Shown: positions 35,634 to 44,798 of the stretch, one piece after another
Layout of the letters: each line of letters opens with the position of its first letter
Position numbering within the stretch: the stretch's first letter is position 1
NCBI GenBank assembly: GCA_023435745.1
Contig: JAEZMD010000018.1
Coordinates: 472,265-536,264, forward strand
DNA from: Bacillota bacterium
Lineage (GTDB): Bacteria; Bacillota; Clostridia; Acetivibrionales; DTU013
Length of the DNA stretch: 64,000 nt
Direction of reading: 5' to 3'
The notes under the pieces: model-generated
The model's input: the letters and a program-made list of their open reading frames with translations, nothing else
Databases searched by the model: none
What the model was told of the DNA's origin: nothing
Position numbers and translations under genes: made by a program

Positions 35634-36353
35634 GTGGACTTAAGTAAAGCAAAATATGAATCAACGGCAGTCAGGCCGAACCAGTATCCTGCCGGAAGTA
35701 TGCCGGAGATTGCCCTGGTTGGCAGATCCAATGTAGGTAAATCCACTATAATCAATACGCTTTTAAACAGAAAAGGTATCGCACGAGTTTCATCAGAACC
35801 GGGGAAGACCAGAGGGATCAATTTCTATAATATTGATGAGGTGCTCTACCTTGTCGATCTTCCCGGCTATGGGTATGCCAGGGTTTCGAAGGATGAGAAG
35901 GCAAAGTGGGGAAAGATGATAGAGACCTATCTGAATTCCCGCCGTCAGTTGGAAATGGCAGTGCTGCTGGTCGATATCAGACATGCGCCAAGCGAAGATG
36001 ACAAAATGATGTACCAATGGATCACGGGACGGGGGCTCAGACATCTGGTGGTTGCCACGAAAACGGATAAGATATCCCGGGGTCAGATCCATAGCAGGCT
36101 GCAGGAAATTAAAAAGGTGTTGGGACTGACGAAGGAGGATACGGTGATAGCCTATTCCTCCGAGACTAAGCAGGGAAAGGATGAGATTTGGGAAGCGATC
36201 AGGGCCATTCTCGACGGCTCGGGCAGTATGAGCGGCACAAGCGGTATGAGCGGCACGAGCAGCATGAGCGACGAAGTCAATACGAGTGGTAAAAACGGCA
36301 CGGGCGGCTCGGACAGTACTGTTGTCGCAGCTCTCCCGGATGGCAGCCGTTAA
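35634..36353 (+). CDS. engB: ribosome-biogenesis GTPase EngB/YsxC with a ~45-aa Ser/Gly/Met-rich C-terminal tail
   Basis: G1 GRSNVGKST, G3 DLPGYGYA, G4 TKTDK. GTG start 6 nt after AAGGAGAA. Tail: GSGSMSGTSGMSGTSSMSDEV... Confidence 0.9.
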   Translation: MDLSKAKYESTAVRPNQYPAGSMPEIALVGRSNVGKSTIINTLLNRKGIARVSSEPGKTRGINFYNIDEVLYLVDLPGYGYARVSKDEKAKWGKMIETYLNSRRQLEMAVLLVDIRHAPSEDDKMMYQWITGRGLRHLVVATKTDKISRGQIHSRLQEIKKVLGLTKEDTVIAYSSETKQGKDEIWEAIRAILDGSGSMSGTSGMSGTSSMSDEVNTSGKNGTGGSDSTVVAALPDGSR

Positions 36354-36354
36354 C

Positions 36355-36849
36355 ATGATCTATTCATTTCCGCCGATAGTATCGGATAATTGCAAAGTGC
36401 TGCTGCTTGGAACCATGCCGGGGGTTGAGTCGCTCAGAAGGCAGCAGTATTACGGCTACAGGCATAATGCGTTCTGGCGCATCATTTATGCGCTTTTTGG
36501 CCGGGAGCCTGAAGAGGAATATGAAAAACGGAAGTCCTTCCTGCTGGAGCATAATATAGCGGTGTGGGATGTATTGAAGGCATGTGAACGGGAAGGCAGC
36601 AGCGACAGTGATATTAAGCAGCCTGTGCCCAATGATTTTAAAAGCCTGTATCTGAGATACCCCAACATAAGTAGCGTGTGCTTCAACGGAGGACCGGCAG
36701 CCAGATTTTACAAACGTTTCGTCGGAAAAACGGGAGAGGTCGGTTCACCCAAAGACTTTTACCACCTGCCGTCCACCAGTCCCGCCTATACAATTCCTTT
36801 TGAAAAAAAGCTGGAACAGTGGCAATTGCTTTTGCAACTGCTTCGTTGA
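36355..36849 (+). CDS. DNA-deoxyinosine (hypoxanthine) glycosylase, UDG family 6-like
   Basis: MIYSFPPIV...VLLLGTMPG..S......YYG...NAFW...VWDV...C.R.GS.D..I...LPSTSPA pattern. The ATG is 1 nt after the engB stop. The track ORF from 36286 overlaps engB. Confidence 0.7.
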   Translation: MIYSFPPIVSDNCKVLLLGTMPGVESLRRQQYYGYRHNAFWRIIYALFGREPEEEYEKRKSFLLEHNIAVWDVLKACEREGSSDSDIKQPVPNDFKSLYLRYPNISSVCFNGGPAARFYKRFVGKTGEVGSPKDFYHLPSTSPAYTIPFEKKLEQWQLLLQLLR

Positions 36850-36877
36850 CCGGTCGCTACTGTCCAGACAGTACATT

Positions 36878-37079
36878 GAGCTATTGTACAATATAAGGAA
36901 ACCATAGCGGAATGAAGCTTAGAGATATATAGTCAGAGCGAGGATAAGCAAGTCGACTGTCTGAGCAAAATGCTTTCATATCAATACCTTTAGAAGCATT
37001 TTGCGAGTTTCGACTTGCCCGAGCTGAACTATATAGCTCTTGCAAATGCAGCTTTGTTTCTGTTATTGTACAATAGCTC
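36878..37079. repeat. 202-nt imperfect palindrome (rod-like hairpin) with perfect 16-bp termini
   Basis: gagctattgtacaata (36878-93) pairs with tattgtacaatagctc (37064-79). Interior arms are partially complementary (atatatagt/actatatag, gcaagtcga/tcgacttgc). Apical stem gcaaaatgctt (36965-75) / aagcattttgc (36994-37004) closes an 18-nt loop. Confidence 0.9.
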
Positions 37080-37250
37080 AATAAATACTTGGTCTACTCA
37101 GCCAGCTGCTCCGCTGACGCATTTTTAATGAACTTGTAACCAAATGACACAAAAATTCGTGGTATAATATAGACAACGAGGAAATTTTATGGTGTACATC
37201 GCCATTAACAGGCGTACATCACCATTCTACAAAGGAAAAGGGGGATTCAT

Positions 37251-37832
37251 ATGAAACGCCGATATAAAATCCTTACAGTCGCAGTGCTTATCATACTTGC
37301 CATCTCACTGAGCATGAATATTGTCTCTGCAGTCACCCAGAACGCAGAGCCCGGTTCCGATCAGGATCCAATCGTCAGTAAAAGCTACGTTGATGCAGCA
37401 ATAAACCAATTATCATCAAAGCTCCAGTCTTTGCTTAATGAGGTCGGCGCATTGAAAACACAGAACACCCAGCTGACGACGAAGCTGACAAGTCAGGAGC
37501 AGACAATCAAGGCATTGCAGACGGAACTGAAGGCAGTGAAGGAAGGCGTCAAAGGCTCCGGATCAACCGGCTCAGGGACCTCAGAGTCAGGCGGTAACAC
37601 AGGTACTCCCGGCGGGACAGCGACTGCGCCGACGACACTTGGCACAGGAGTAATTAAAACAGCAGTCGTCAATTTACGCGCACAGCCGAATACCACATCA
37701 ACCATAGTGGGTAAGCTGCTCTTGAATAACACCGTAACGCTGGTATCCAAAACCGGTAACTGGTATCAGGTAAAGACCGCCAGCGGAAAGACAGGATATA
37801 TCAGAGAAGATTTACTTACAGTAAAAAAATAA
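37251..37832 (+). CDS. membrane-anchored coiled-coil protein with a C-terminal bacterial SH3 domain
   Basis: Signal anchor (ILTVAVLIILAISL), a coiled coil (LQSLLNEVGALKTQNTQLTTKLTSQEQTIKALQTELKAVK), a G/S/T linker, and SH3b (VNLRAQPNTTSTIVGKLLLNNTVTLVSKTGNWYQVKTASGKTGYI). Confidence 0.85.
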   Translation: MKRRYKILTVAVLIILAISLSMNIVSAVTQNAEPGSDQDPIVSKSYVDAAINQLSSKLQSLLNEVGALKTQNTQLTTKLTSQEQTIKALQTELKAVKEGVKGSGSTGSGTSESGGNTGTPGGTATAPTTLGTGVIKTAVVNLRAQPNTTSTIVGKLLLNNTVTLVSKTGNWYQVKTASGKTGYIREDLLTVKK

Positions 37833-37877
37833 TGTGAAGCTTATAACGAACTGGCGGGAGACATTTCTGCAGCCCCG

Positions 37878-40253
37878 TTACAGCTTCACCTTGCCGTTCT
37901 TTATCAGTTCCAGATTTTTATCGATGAGGCTGCTTCTGATCTGCACACATTCGTAGGATATGAGCGGATCCTCCGGTGTGTTGAGCACATAGTCCAGCAT
38001 TTTGTCTATGGAGGTTCTTGCTACGTGCATCCGTGTGTCTGAGGAGGCGTAATAGATTAGAAGCTCGCCATTGTCTCTGGCTACTGCGCCGTTGCAGAAG
38101 ATAACATTGGATACGTCTCCGATCCTTTCCTCGCCTTCGGGTGCGATCAGGAAGCCTCCCGGCCTATGGGTGACCACGTGTGGGTTCCGAAGGTCGGAAA
38201 GGAATGCGTATACCACATAGCGCAGTCCTGCCGCGGTATTCCTGACACCGTGTGCGATATGCAGCCAGCCTTTTTTTGTTTTGATTGGCGCAGGCCCCTG
38301 ACCATTTTTTACTTCCTTGATGGTATGGTATTCCTTGCACTCCATCAGAGTTTCTTCATCGATGCGGGCGTTCTCCATGGAGTCTGTAAGCCCCCAGCCA
38401 ATGCCGCCGCCTTTTCCGGTTTCGATAAAGCCGTCCTGCGGTCTGGTATAGAGGGCATATTTTCTATCGACAAATTCCGGATGAAGTACAACATTTCTCT
38501 GTTGAGGAGATTTTGTCTTCAAATCGGGGAGACGCTCCCACGTCTTTAAATCTCTGGTGCGAGCTATACCACAGGCAGCCACTGCGCTTGAGGTGTCACC
38601 GAACGGAGCGTCCGGATCCTTGCGCTCTGTGCAGAACAAGCCGTACATCCAGCCGTCCTCATGCTTTGTGATCCTCATATCATAAACATTCACGTCGGGA
38701 TTCTCTGTTTGCGGCATCACAATGGGATAATCCCAGAATTTGAAATGGTCAATGCCATTATCGCTTTCCGCTATGGCAAAGAAGGATTTGCGGTCATTTC
38801 CCTCAACACGGGCCACCAGATATATCCTGCCGTCAAGCTCAACAGCTCCCGCATTGAATACGCAGTTTACTCCAATGCGTTCCATAAGCCAGGGGTTTGT
38901 TCTTTCATCCAGATCATATTTCCAGAAAACAGGGATATGATCGCGGGTCAGAACCGGATTCTCAAATCTCTCAAATATCCCGTTCCCGACGCTCTTTGGC
39001 GTATTGCTGAGCTGCGTGACCGTATTGTATTCCTGCATCAGCAGGTTGAGTCTTTTTTCAAAGGCTTGGCTGGACACTCTTGAAACTATCTCAAAGCACA
39101 TTCTGCTGTTGTGATACGGGCATTTCCATGAACCGGCTTTTTCCTCGCTGGTAAGTTCCGAGCCGTCCCGTGTGACTCCCCAATACCACTCGCCGTTTTC
39201 ACGGTCGACAAGATATTTTTGGATAAACTTCCATGTTTTCAATGCTTCGTCCAGGTATGCTTCATCGCCGGTGATCTGCCAGGCGTTGAAGAAACCAACC
39301 ACTGCTTCTGCCTGAGGCCACCAATCCTTCCGGTCATCAATTCCGGAAGACTCCATCTCATAGTATATACCGCCGTTGGCATGGTCCAGACCGTTTGCGC
39401 GCACCTCCTGCGCCATGCGGACAGCCGCTGTTTTTGCTTTCTCCAGCAACTCCGGATCTCCAAGAACATCTGCCGATTCATAGATGAGCCAGCTGCCTTC
39501 GATATTATGCCCATACGAATAGACATCGGCACAGGAAGTCCAGTCCATTGTAAAGAATAAGTCAAAGCTCCATGTTTCATGATTAATGATATGCTCAAGC
39601 AGAACTATCAGCAGCGAACGGAGGCTTTCTCTGAGCTGCGGGGAATCATGCACTCTCAGAAGGTTTGTATAGGCCTCCATTACGTGCAGATGTGTATTCA
39701 TCGACTTGGGTACATTCATATCCTTGTCGCTCAGACTCATATCGGTAAGTGCGGACCAATCCTGCTCAAGCGCTTCTATATATCCTCCGTACACCCTGTC
39801 ACGGGCATGCTTTTCCAGGCTCTCATACAGCTTGAGCGCCAGATCCAGAGCTTCAGTTTCGCCGAAAGCCCTGTAGTATTCGGACAGGCCGTAGATCGCA
39901 AAGGCTACCGAATACACCTGGTTTTTGGCGTCTATGGGCTGACCCTTGTGGTCGAGCATCCAGTATACACCGTAATTTTTATTATCTATGAAATGCTTTT
40001 TAATATATTCATAGGCCCGCCGGGCAATGTGCAGGTACTTTTCCTGAGAATAAAGCCGGTAGGCGGCGGAAAAGGTCCAGAGTATCCTGAAATTGAGAAC
40101 TGAAGCCTTGGCATAATCGGCTTTTATTTTCAGGTCATGAGAAATATAGCCATAAAATCCGCCATATTCGTTATCCTGTGAATAATTGATCCAAAACTCC
40201 AGAATATTGTCTCTCAGTTCTTTTTCTATTTCAGACTTAAATCGATTAAGCAT
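37878..40253 (-). CDS. fusion protein: N-terminal AGE-family cellobiose 2-epimerase and C-terminal GH130 4-O-beta-D-mannosyl-D-glucose phosphorylase
   Basis: One open frame. The N-half is collinear with Ruminococcus albus cellobiose 2-epimerase as I recall it. The C-half (from ...[12 protein letters not shown]) is collinear with Bacteroides fragilis mannosylglucose phosphorylase. Start ATG 40253 (MLNRFK...); TTG 40265 or GTG 40274 are possible. Confidence 0.85.
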   Translation of the reverse strand: MLNRFKSEIEKELRDNILEFWINYSQDNEYGGFYGYISHDLKIKADYAKASVLNFRILWTFSAAYRLYSQEKYLHIARRAYEYIKKHFIDNKNYGVYWMLDHKGQPIDAKNQVYSVAFAIYGLSEYYRAFGETEALDLALKLYESLEKHARDRVYGGYIEALEQDWSALTDMSLSDKDMNVPKSMNTHLHVMEAYTNLLRVHDSPQLRESLRSLLIVLLEHIINHETWSFDLFFTMDWTSCADVYSYGHNIEGSWLIYESADVLGDPELLEKAKTAAVRMAQEVRANGLDHANGGIYYEMESSGIDDRKDWWPQAEAVVGFFNAWQITGDEAYLDEALKTWKFIQKYLVDRENGEWYWGVTRDGSELTSEEKAGSWKCPYHNSRMCFEIVSRVSSQAFEKRLNLLMQEYNTVTQLSNTPKSVGNGIFERFENPVLTRDHIPVFWKYDLDERTNPWLMERIGVNCVFNAGAVELDGRIYLVARVEGNDRKSFFAIAESDNGIDHFKFWDYPIVMPQTENPDVNVYDMRITKHEDGWMYGLFCTERKDPDAPFGDTSSAVAACGIARTRDLKTWERLPDLKTKSPQQRNVVLHPEFVDRKYALYTRPQDGFIETGKGGGIGWGLTDSMENARIDEETLMECKEYHTIKEVKNGQGPAPIKTKKGWLHIAHGVRNTAAGLRYVVYAFLSDLRNPHVVTHRPGGFLIAPEGEERIGDVSNVIFCNGAVARDNGELLIYYASSDTRMHVARTSIDKMLDYVLNTPEDPLISYECVQIRSSLIDKNLELIKNGKVKL

Positions 40254-40280
40254 ATCATTTTCCAAACAAACCACCTCTGA

Positions 40281-41291
40281 TTATCTGTATTCTAATTCAT
40301 CTCCGGGAGCCAGCTCGGAATGACTCTTTATGTAATCCACCAATTCATCAGCCTGTGCGAAGGCAAGAGCAACGTATGTGTCTGCCGCGCCATAATAGAT
40401 GGCAATCCTGCCGGTCTGTGCATCTGTGAGTGTTGCACAGGGGAATGCTACATTGGGAACAAAGCCTGTTGTTTCGTAGGGCTTTTCCGGAGTCAGAAGG
40501 TGTTCGTAGGCTCTGTACAGCACCTTTGACGGATTGCTGATATCGAGGATGGCGGCGCTCATACTGTAAACGTAACCGTTACAGGTAGTACAAACGCCGT
40601 GATAAAATAACAGCCAGCCTTCATCAGTCTCAATCGGGATAGGGCCTGCGCCGATTTTTGTTCCCTGCCACCAGCCGTTACCGCCTTTGGACATCACGCG
40701 CCTATGCCTGCCCCAGTACCTAAGGTCGGAGCTTTCACTGATAAATATGTCGCCAAAGGGCGTATGGCCGCTATCGCTTGGTCTGCTGAGCAGCATGTAC
40801 TTGTCGTTTATTTTTCTCGGGAAAAGGACGCCATTTCTATTGAAAGGAGGAAATGGGTTTTCAAGCCGGACAAAGCTCTTAAAATCGGTTGTCATTCCCA
40901 TGCCCAGCGCTGCTCCGCCAAAATCGGTACACCAGATAATATAATATACGCCGTCGATTTCGACAAGTCTTGGATCATATGCATAATTGGGATTGAAGGG
41001 CTTGCCATCCTCGTCCTTCCAGTCAATGACATTGTCGTCGAGATCCCAGTGGATAGCGTCCTTGCTGCGCCCGACGTGAAGATTGGCTTTACCGTCGGTG
41101 CGATCCGCCCTGAAAATGCCCATGAATCCGTCTCCGTACGGAACCACTGCGCTATTGTAAACGCGCGGGCAATGAGGTGTGGGATTGCGGTCAATGATAG
41201 GGTTCTGGTCATACCTCCATATTACGCCCTGATACCCTTCAGGTTTGTCCTGCCAGGGAATATTCTTCAGTGGTCTGCCGATAATGCCCAT
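40281..41291 (-). CDS. GH130 beta-1,4-mannoside (oligosaccharide-type) phosphorylase
   Basis: 341 aa with a GH130 five-bladed propeller sequence (YNSAVVPYGDGF.GIFR, DPR...IDG.YYI.WC, NRNGVLFPRKI, LSRP, DIF...S.DL..WG, KIGAGP.PIET..GWL..YHGV, YYGAADT). ATG 41291 lies 8 nt after GGAGG. Its stop is 6 nt before the fusion gene. Confidence 0.88.
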   Translation of the reverse strand: MGIIGRPLKNIPWQDKPEGYQGVIWRYDQNPIIDRNPTPHCPRVYNSAVVPYGDGFMGIFRADRTDGKANLHVGRSKDAIHWDLDDNVIDWKDEDGKPFNPNYAYDPRLVEIDGVYYIIWCTDFGGAALGMGMTTDFKSFVRLENPFPPFNRNGVLFPRKINDKYMLLSRPSDSGHTPFGDIFISESSDLRYWGRHRRVMSKGGNGWWQGTKIGAGPIPIETDEGWLLFYHGVCTTCNGYVYSMSAAILDISNPSKVLYRAYEHLLTPEKPYETTGFVPNVAFPCATLTDAQTGRIAIYYGAADTYVALAFAQADELVDYIKSHSELAPGDELEYR

Positions 41292-41310
41292 GGATATGTC
41301 CTCCAAATAG

Positions 41311-41341
41311 TAATATTACACATAACAATATGTAATATTAT
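41311..41341. promoter_or_regulatory. AT-rich palindrome (candidate operator) in the divergent GH130/LacI control region
   Basis: aatattaca (41312-20) - 10 nt - tgtaatatt (41331-39), 20-50 nt upstream of the GH130 start codon. Confidence 0.4.
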
Positions 41342-41465
41342 CTTACCAGATGACAAGTGGGTTGTAAAGTGGTAATATAGTAGCAGGGGACATCGCTGTG
41401 AATAGATTCTGGGTATCGAAAAGCGGATGAATAAGGGATAAAAGTTCTTTATTGTTGGAGGAGTT

Positions 41466-42497
41466 ATGGCGGACAAGGTAAGCATGAATTCTATCGCAAA
41501 AAAACTTGGCATTTCAAAAAACACAGTATCACTGTCTCTCAGGGGAATGCCGGGCATAAGTGCGCATACCCGCAGGCTTGTACTGGATACTGCCGCGGAG
41601 CTTGGATATCATTACAAGCCATCGGGCGGGCAGGAGGAGAGCGCAAAGAACCTGTGCCTGGTCGTTCCGAAGAGTGCACAGAACTCATTTGACTTTTTCA
41701 GTCTGATTCAGATGGGCATTGAAGATGAAGCAAAGAAAAACAATATGAATACGATACTGCATTACTATGATGAGAACGATGAGGAATTCCAGACCCCACT
41801 TTGCATCAAGGACAAAATCGTGTCAGGCATCATCACCCTCGGCAGGGTATCTGAAAATACCGTAAAGGCCTTAAGTACCTATGAACTTCCGATTGTAATG
41901 GCGGACAATTATTTTGACGATATTGAAGTCGACTGTGTTTTGACGGATAATCACAATGGAGGCTACATAGCCACCGAATTTCTTATTGGCAAAGGACATA
42001 CGCAGATCGGTTTTTTCGGAAGCATCGATACATCCATCAGCTTTTATGACAGATTCATGGGTTACAAAAAAGCAATTGAGAGCCGCGGCCTGAAGATAAA
42101 TGAAAATATTGCCCCTTTTATTTCTGATGAAGTAAACACATGCGACGAGGCTGTGATCAGACTGAAGCAGCTGATGGCGAAGGGAAGTTTTCCTACAGCA
42201 TTTGTGTGCCGTAATGATGCCAGTGCTATTATCCTTTACAAAGCATTGAAGCAGATGGATGTTTCTATCCCGGGGCAGGTTTCTGTGATCGGCTTTGATG
42301 ATATCAGCTCGGCTGTTGATGTCTCCCCCGAATTGACGACAATGAGGGTCAATAAGGAATGGATGGGACGCAAGGCTGTTATGAAGCTGTTGGCGAGACT
42401 TGTCGAGCACGACGGCATTGCAGAAAAGCTGCTGCTGGCAGCCGAATTAGTAGAAAGGGACTCAGTCCGCACTTTAAAAATTATTTTTCAATTGTAA
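41466..42497 (+). CDS. LacI/GalR-family transcriptional regulator
   Basis: N-terminal HTH MNSIAKKLGISKNTVSLSLRG followed by a PBP-type effector domain. Divergent from the GH130 operon. Confidence 0.9.
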   Translation: MADKVSMNSIAKKLGISKNTVSLSLRGMPGISAHTRRLVLDTAAELGYHYKPSGGQEESAKNLCLVVPKSAQNSFDFFSLIQMGIEDEAKKNNMNTILHYYDENDEEFQTPLCIKDKIVSGIITLGRVSENTVKALSTYELPIVMADNYFDDIEVDCVLTDNHNGGYIATEFLIGKGHTQIGFFGSIDTSISFYDRFMGYKKAIESRGLKINENIAPFISDEVNTCDEAVIRLKQLMAKGSFPTAFVCRNDASAIILYKALKQMDVSIPGQVSVIGFDDISSAVDVSPELTTMRVNKEWMGRKAVMKLLARLVEHDGIAEKLLLAAELVERDSVRTLKIIFQL

Positions 42498-42618
42498 GTA
42501 TGTAAAAAAATGCAAAAAATAGTTAAGGAAAATTTACAAAGGGTGGAAAATCTACAAATAATGCCGTATAATAGAACTGTGGGGTCGGTTTAATTAATAC
42601 GGAACCTGCAGTTTTTAT

Positions 42619-43257
42619 TTGCCGGGGGAAGCTTTGAGAGGAATCAGCGAGACTAAATTTATATCAAGAGTTAAAAAGAAAAGCAATAAGAAAAGGATAT
42701 TTGCCGTTGTATTGCTTTTGTTGCTTCTTCAATTTGCTGCGATCGAAGGGCTGATCATCCTCAATGGACGATCTGACGCCGAGGTCAGAACAGACTTTCT
42801 GATTATTCCGGGCGCGGGGTTAAAAGGCAGAATCATTTCTCCGGCCCTTCAATCCAGACTTGACGCGGGTTTGCGCTATTTGCAGAAAAACCCTGATGTG
42901 AAGGTAGTAGTATCCGGGGGGCAGGGAAGAGGCGAGGACATTACTGAGGCGGAGGCTATGCGCGAATTTTTGACAGCCAACGGCATCGATGAGAGCAGAG
43001 TACTGTCCGAACCAAATGCGACGAGCACGATGGAGAACTTCAAATTCAGCAAGGCTCTGATAGAACAAGAATCAGGCAAACCAGCTTCTGAGATCACTTT
43101 CGTAACAAACAGCTTCCATGTTCTCCGGGCAAAAATGCTGTCGGGACGCAACGGCCTTAACGCAAACGCTATCGCCTGCGATACGTGGAAGGACCTTCCT
43201 CTGTATTATCTGAGGGAATACTTTGCAATAATCAAATCTTTTTTCATAGACCATTAA
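42619..43257 (+). CDS. YdcF/DUF218 (ElyC/SanA-like) family membrane-anchored protein
   Basis: TM anchor followed by DFLIIPGAG...VVVSGGQG...EAEAM...NS.H..RA, typical of DUF218. The start codon is uncertain (TTG 42619 or TTG 42634). Confidence 0.75.
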   Translation: MPGEALRGISETKFISRVKKKSNKKRIFAVVLLLLLLQFAAIEGLIILNGRSDAEVRTDFLIIPGAGLKGRIISPALQSRLDAGLRYLQKNPDVKVVVSGGQGRGEDITEAEAMREFLTANGIDESRVLSEPNATSTMENFKFSKALIEQESGKPASEITFVTNSFHVLRAKMLSGRNGLNANAIACDTWKDLPLYYLREYFAIIKSFFIDH

Positions 43258-43394
43258 TAGAAAATCAAACGGTAAATTAACAAATTGTTCAAAAAAAATA
43301 TGAAGATTCTTAACAAAAGCAGGGTAATATTAAGCTGTGCAAAAAAATAATGCGATAGCCTAATTTGGGTTATTTTAGAATGGAGGTAGTAGAC

Positions 43395-44699
43395 ATGAAT
43401 GGTTACAACAATTATTATGACAATTATAGTTACAGGCCTCAAAAGAAAAAAAGCAGAGCGTTCTCTTACATAGCGCTTGTTCTTGTTACTTCCATTGTGA
43501 GCAGTCTGACAGTCGGAGGTATTTTGTACAATAAGTTTTCAGGGGAACTGAAGGCCATTGAACAAGTCGCTGTAGGGAATTCTGCTATTGTTGAGCAGGC
43601 TGTTTCAGCGGCTGTTGCGGATCAGTTGCAGCTTAGCGGGTCACAGGAGGATAAGGGGAATGCTTTGACGGATACACAAGGGTCAGCTTCGGATTTGGAG
43701 AAGGGATCAGGTGTGGATAGCCTGATAAATACAGCCCTGCTGAAAGGATCAGATGTGACAGCCATCGCAAAGAAGGCAGGGCCTTCAATTGTTGGGATAC
43801 GTATGACGGTTGCCGGTACAAGACGGAACTATTATGGATTTTCGAACAGCCGGGTGGGAGAGGGCTCCGGGATCATTATCAGCAAAGACGGCTATATCAT
43901 GACCAATTATCATGTGGTCTCAAGTGCCGATCCAAAGGGCTTAGAAAGCAGCAATACCGTACTTGAGGTGTTCCTGCCGGATGGAAGAGAGGCAAAGGCC
44001 ACATTTAAGGGCGGAGATGAAAAAACGGACCTTGCTGTCATAAAGATCGATCTGAAAAACCTTCCGGTCGCGGATCTGGGTGATTCCTCCGAATTGGAGG
44101 TCGGCGAACTTGCAGTAGCTATAGGTAACCCATTGGGAATGGAATTTGCGGGATCCGTTACAGTAGGCGTTATCAGTGCATTGAACAGAACGGTCGCAAT
44201 GGAAGACAAAACGATGAACCTGATACAGACGGACGCTGCGATCAATGAGGGGAACAGCGGCGGAGCATTGTTAAATTCCCGCGGAGAAGTGATCGGGATC
44301 AATTCGGCCAAGATATCGGCATCAGGAGTTGAAGGCCTTGGCTTTGCAATTCCGATCAATGATGCCAGACCGATAGTGAATCAGTTGATTGACTTCGGGT
44401 ATGTCAGAGGCAGACCGTTCATCGGCATCTCAGGCAAGGAAATTACCAGTGTCTATGCTAACTATTATAACCTGCCTGAAGGGATTCTGATCACAGATGT
44501 TACTCCTAGCAGTGGCGCTCAGAAGGCCGGTATAAAAACAGGGGATGTATTGGTCAGCCTGGACGGAAAGGACATAAAGACCATGGCAGATCTGGATGCG
44601 GTCAAGAAAGCCCACAAACCCGGAGATACGGTAACGGCAATTGTCAGCCGGAACGGAAGCAGAGTGATACTGAAACTGACCTTTGGGGAAGAAACCTAA
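43395..44699 (+). CDS. htrA: HtrA/DegP-family S1C serine protease with a PDZ domain, membrane anchored
   Basis: Catalytic triad context TNYHVV / DLAVIK / GNSGGALLN and a C-terminal PDZ domain (GILITDV...AGIKTGDVLVSLDGK). ATG 43395 lies 8 nt after GGAGG. Confidence 0.9.
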   Translation: MNGYNNYYDNYSYRPQKKKSRAFSYIALVLVTSIVSSLTVGGILYNKFSGELKAIEQVAVGNSAIVEQAVSAAVADQLQLSGSQEDKGNALTDTQGSASDLEKGSGVDSLINTALLKGSDVTAIAKKAGPSIVGIRMTVAGTRRNYYGFSNSRVGEGSGIIISKDGYIMTNYHVVSSADPKGLESSNTVLEVFLPDGREAKATFKGGDEKTDLAVIKIDLKNLPVADLGDSSELEVGELAVAIGNPLGMEFAGSVTVGVISALNRTVAMEDKTMNLIQTDAAINEGNSGGALLNSRGEVIGINSAKISASGVEGLGFAIPINDARPIVNQLIDFGYVRGRPFIGISGKEITSVYANYYNLPEGILITDVTPSSGAQKAGIKTGDVLVSLDGKDIKTMADLDAVKKAHKPGDTVTAIVSRNGSRVILKLTFGEET

Positions 44700-44739
44700 A
44701 AAACGGCATAAGGCTTAAAGGCCTGTATGCTTCATAATA

Positions 44740-44772
44740 AAAGGCTGAAGCGTGTAAACACCTTCAGCCTTT
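44740..44772. terminator. bidirectional rho-independent terminator between htrA and murA
   Basis: aaaggctgaag / cttcagccttt: 11-bp perfect stem, 11-nt loop. T-rich on the minus-strand side (ccttttattatg) and weaker on the plus side. Confidence 0.7.
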
Positions 44773-44798
44773 ACTGATTTGAAATTGTCTGCCGGCTC

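Noticed and set aside
35793-36356. Long antisense ORFs in the track (for example 35793-36356, 20636-21406, 40704-41375, 22043-22552, 7499-8014, 41871-42410)
   Set aside because: They lie fully inside well-supported genes on the opposite strand. They lack RBSs and have low-complexity or Arg/Ser-rich composition typical of shadow ORFs.
36881-37081. 66-aa ORF within the 202-nt palindrome
   Set aside because: It is coextensive with the hairpin element, has no RBS and has an implausible sequence. It is an artefact of the palindrome.
37835-37889. gtgaagcttataacg / cgttacagcttcac inverted repeat between the convergent SH3 and fusion genes, considered as a terminator
   Set aside because: The loop is large (about 25 nt), there is no U-tract on either strand, and the right arm is inside the coding sequence. 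Pairing may be coincidental.
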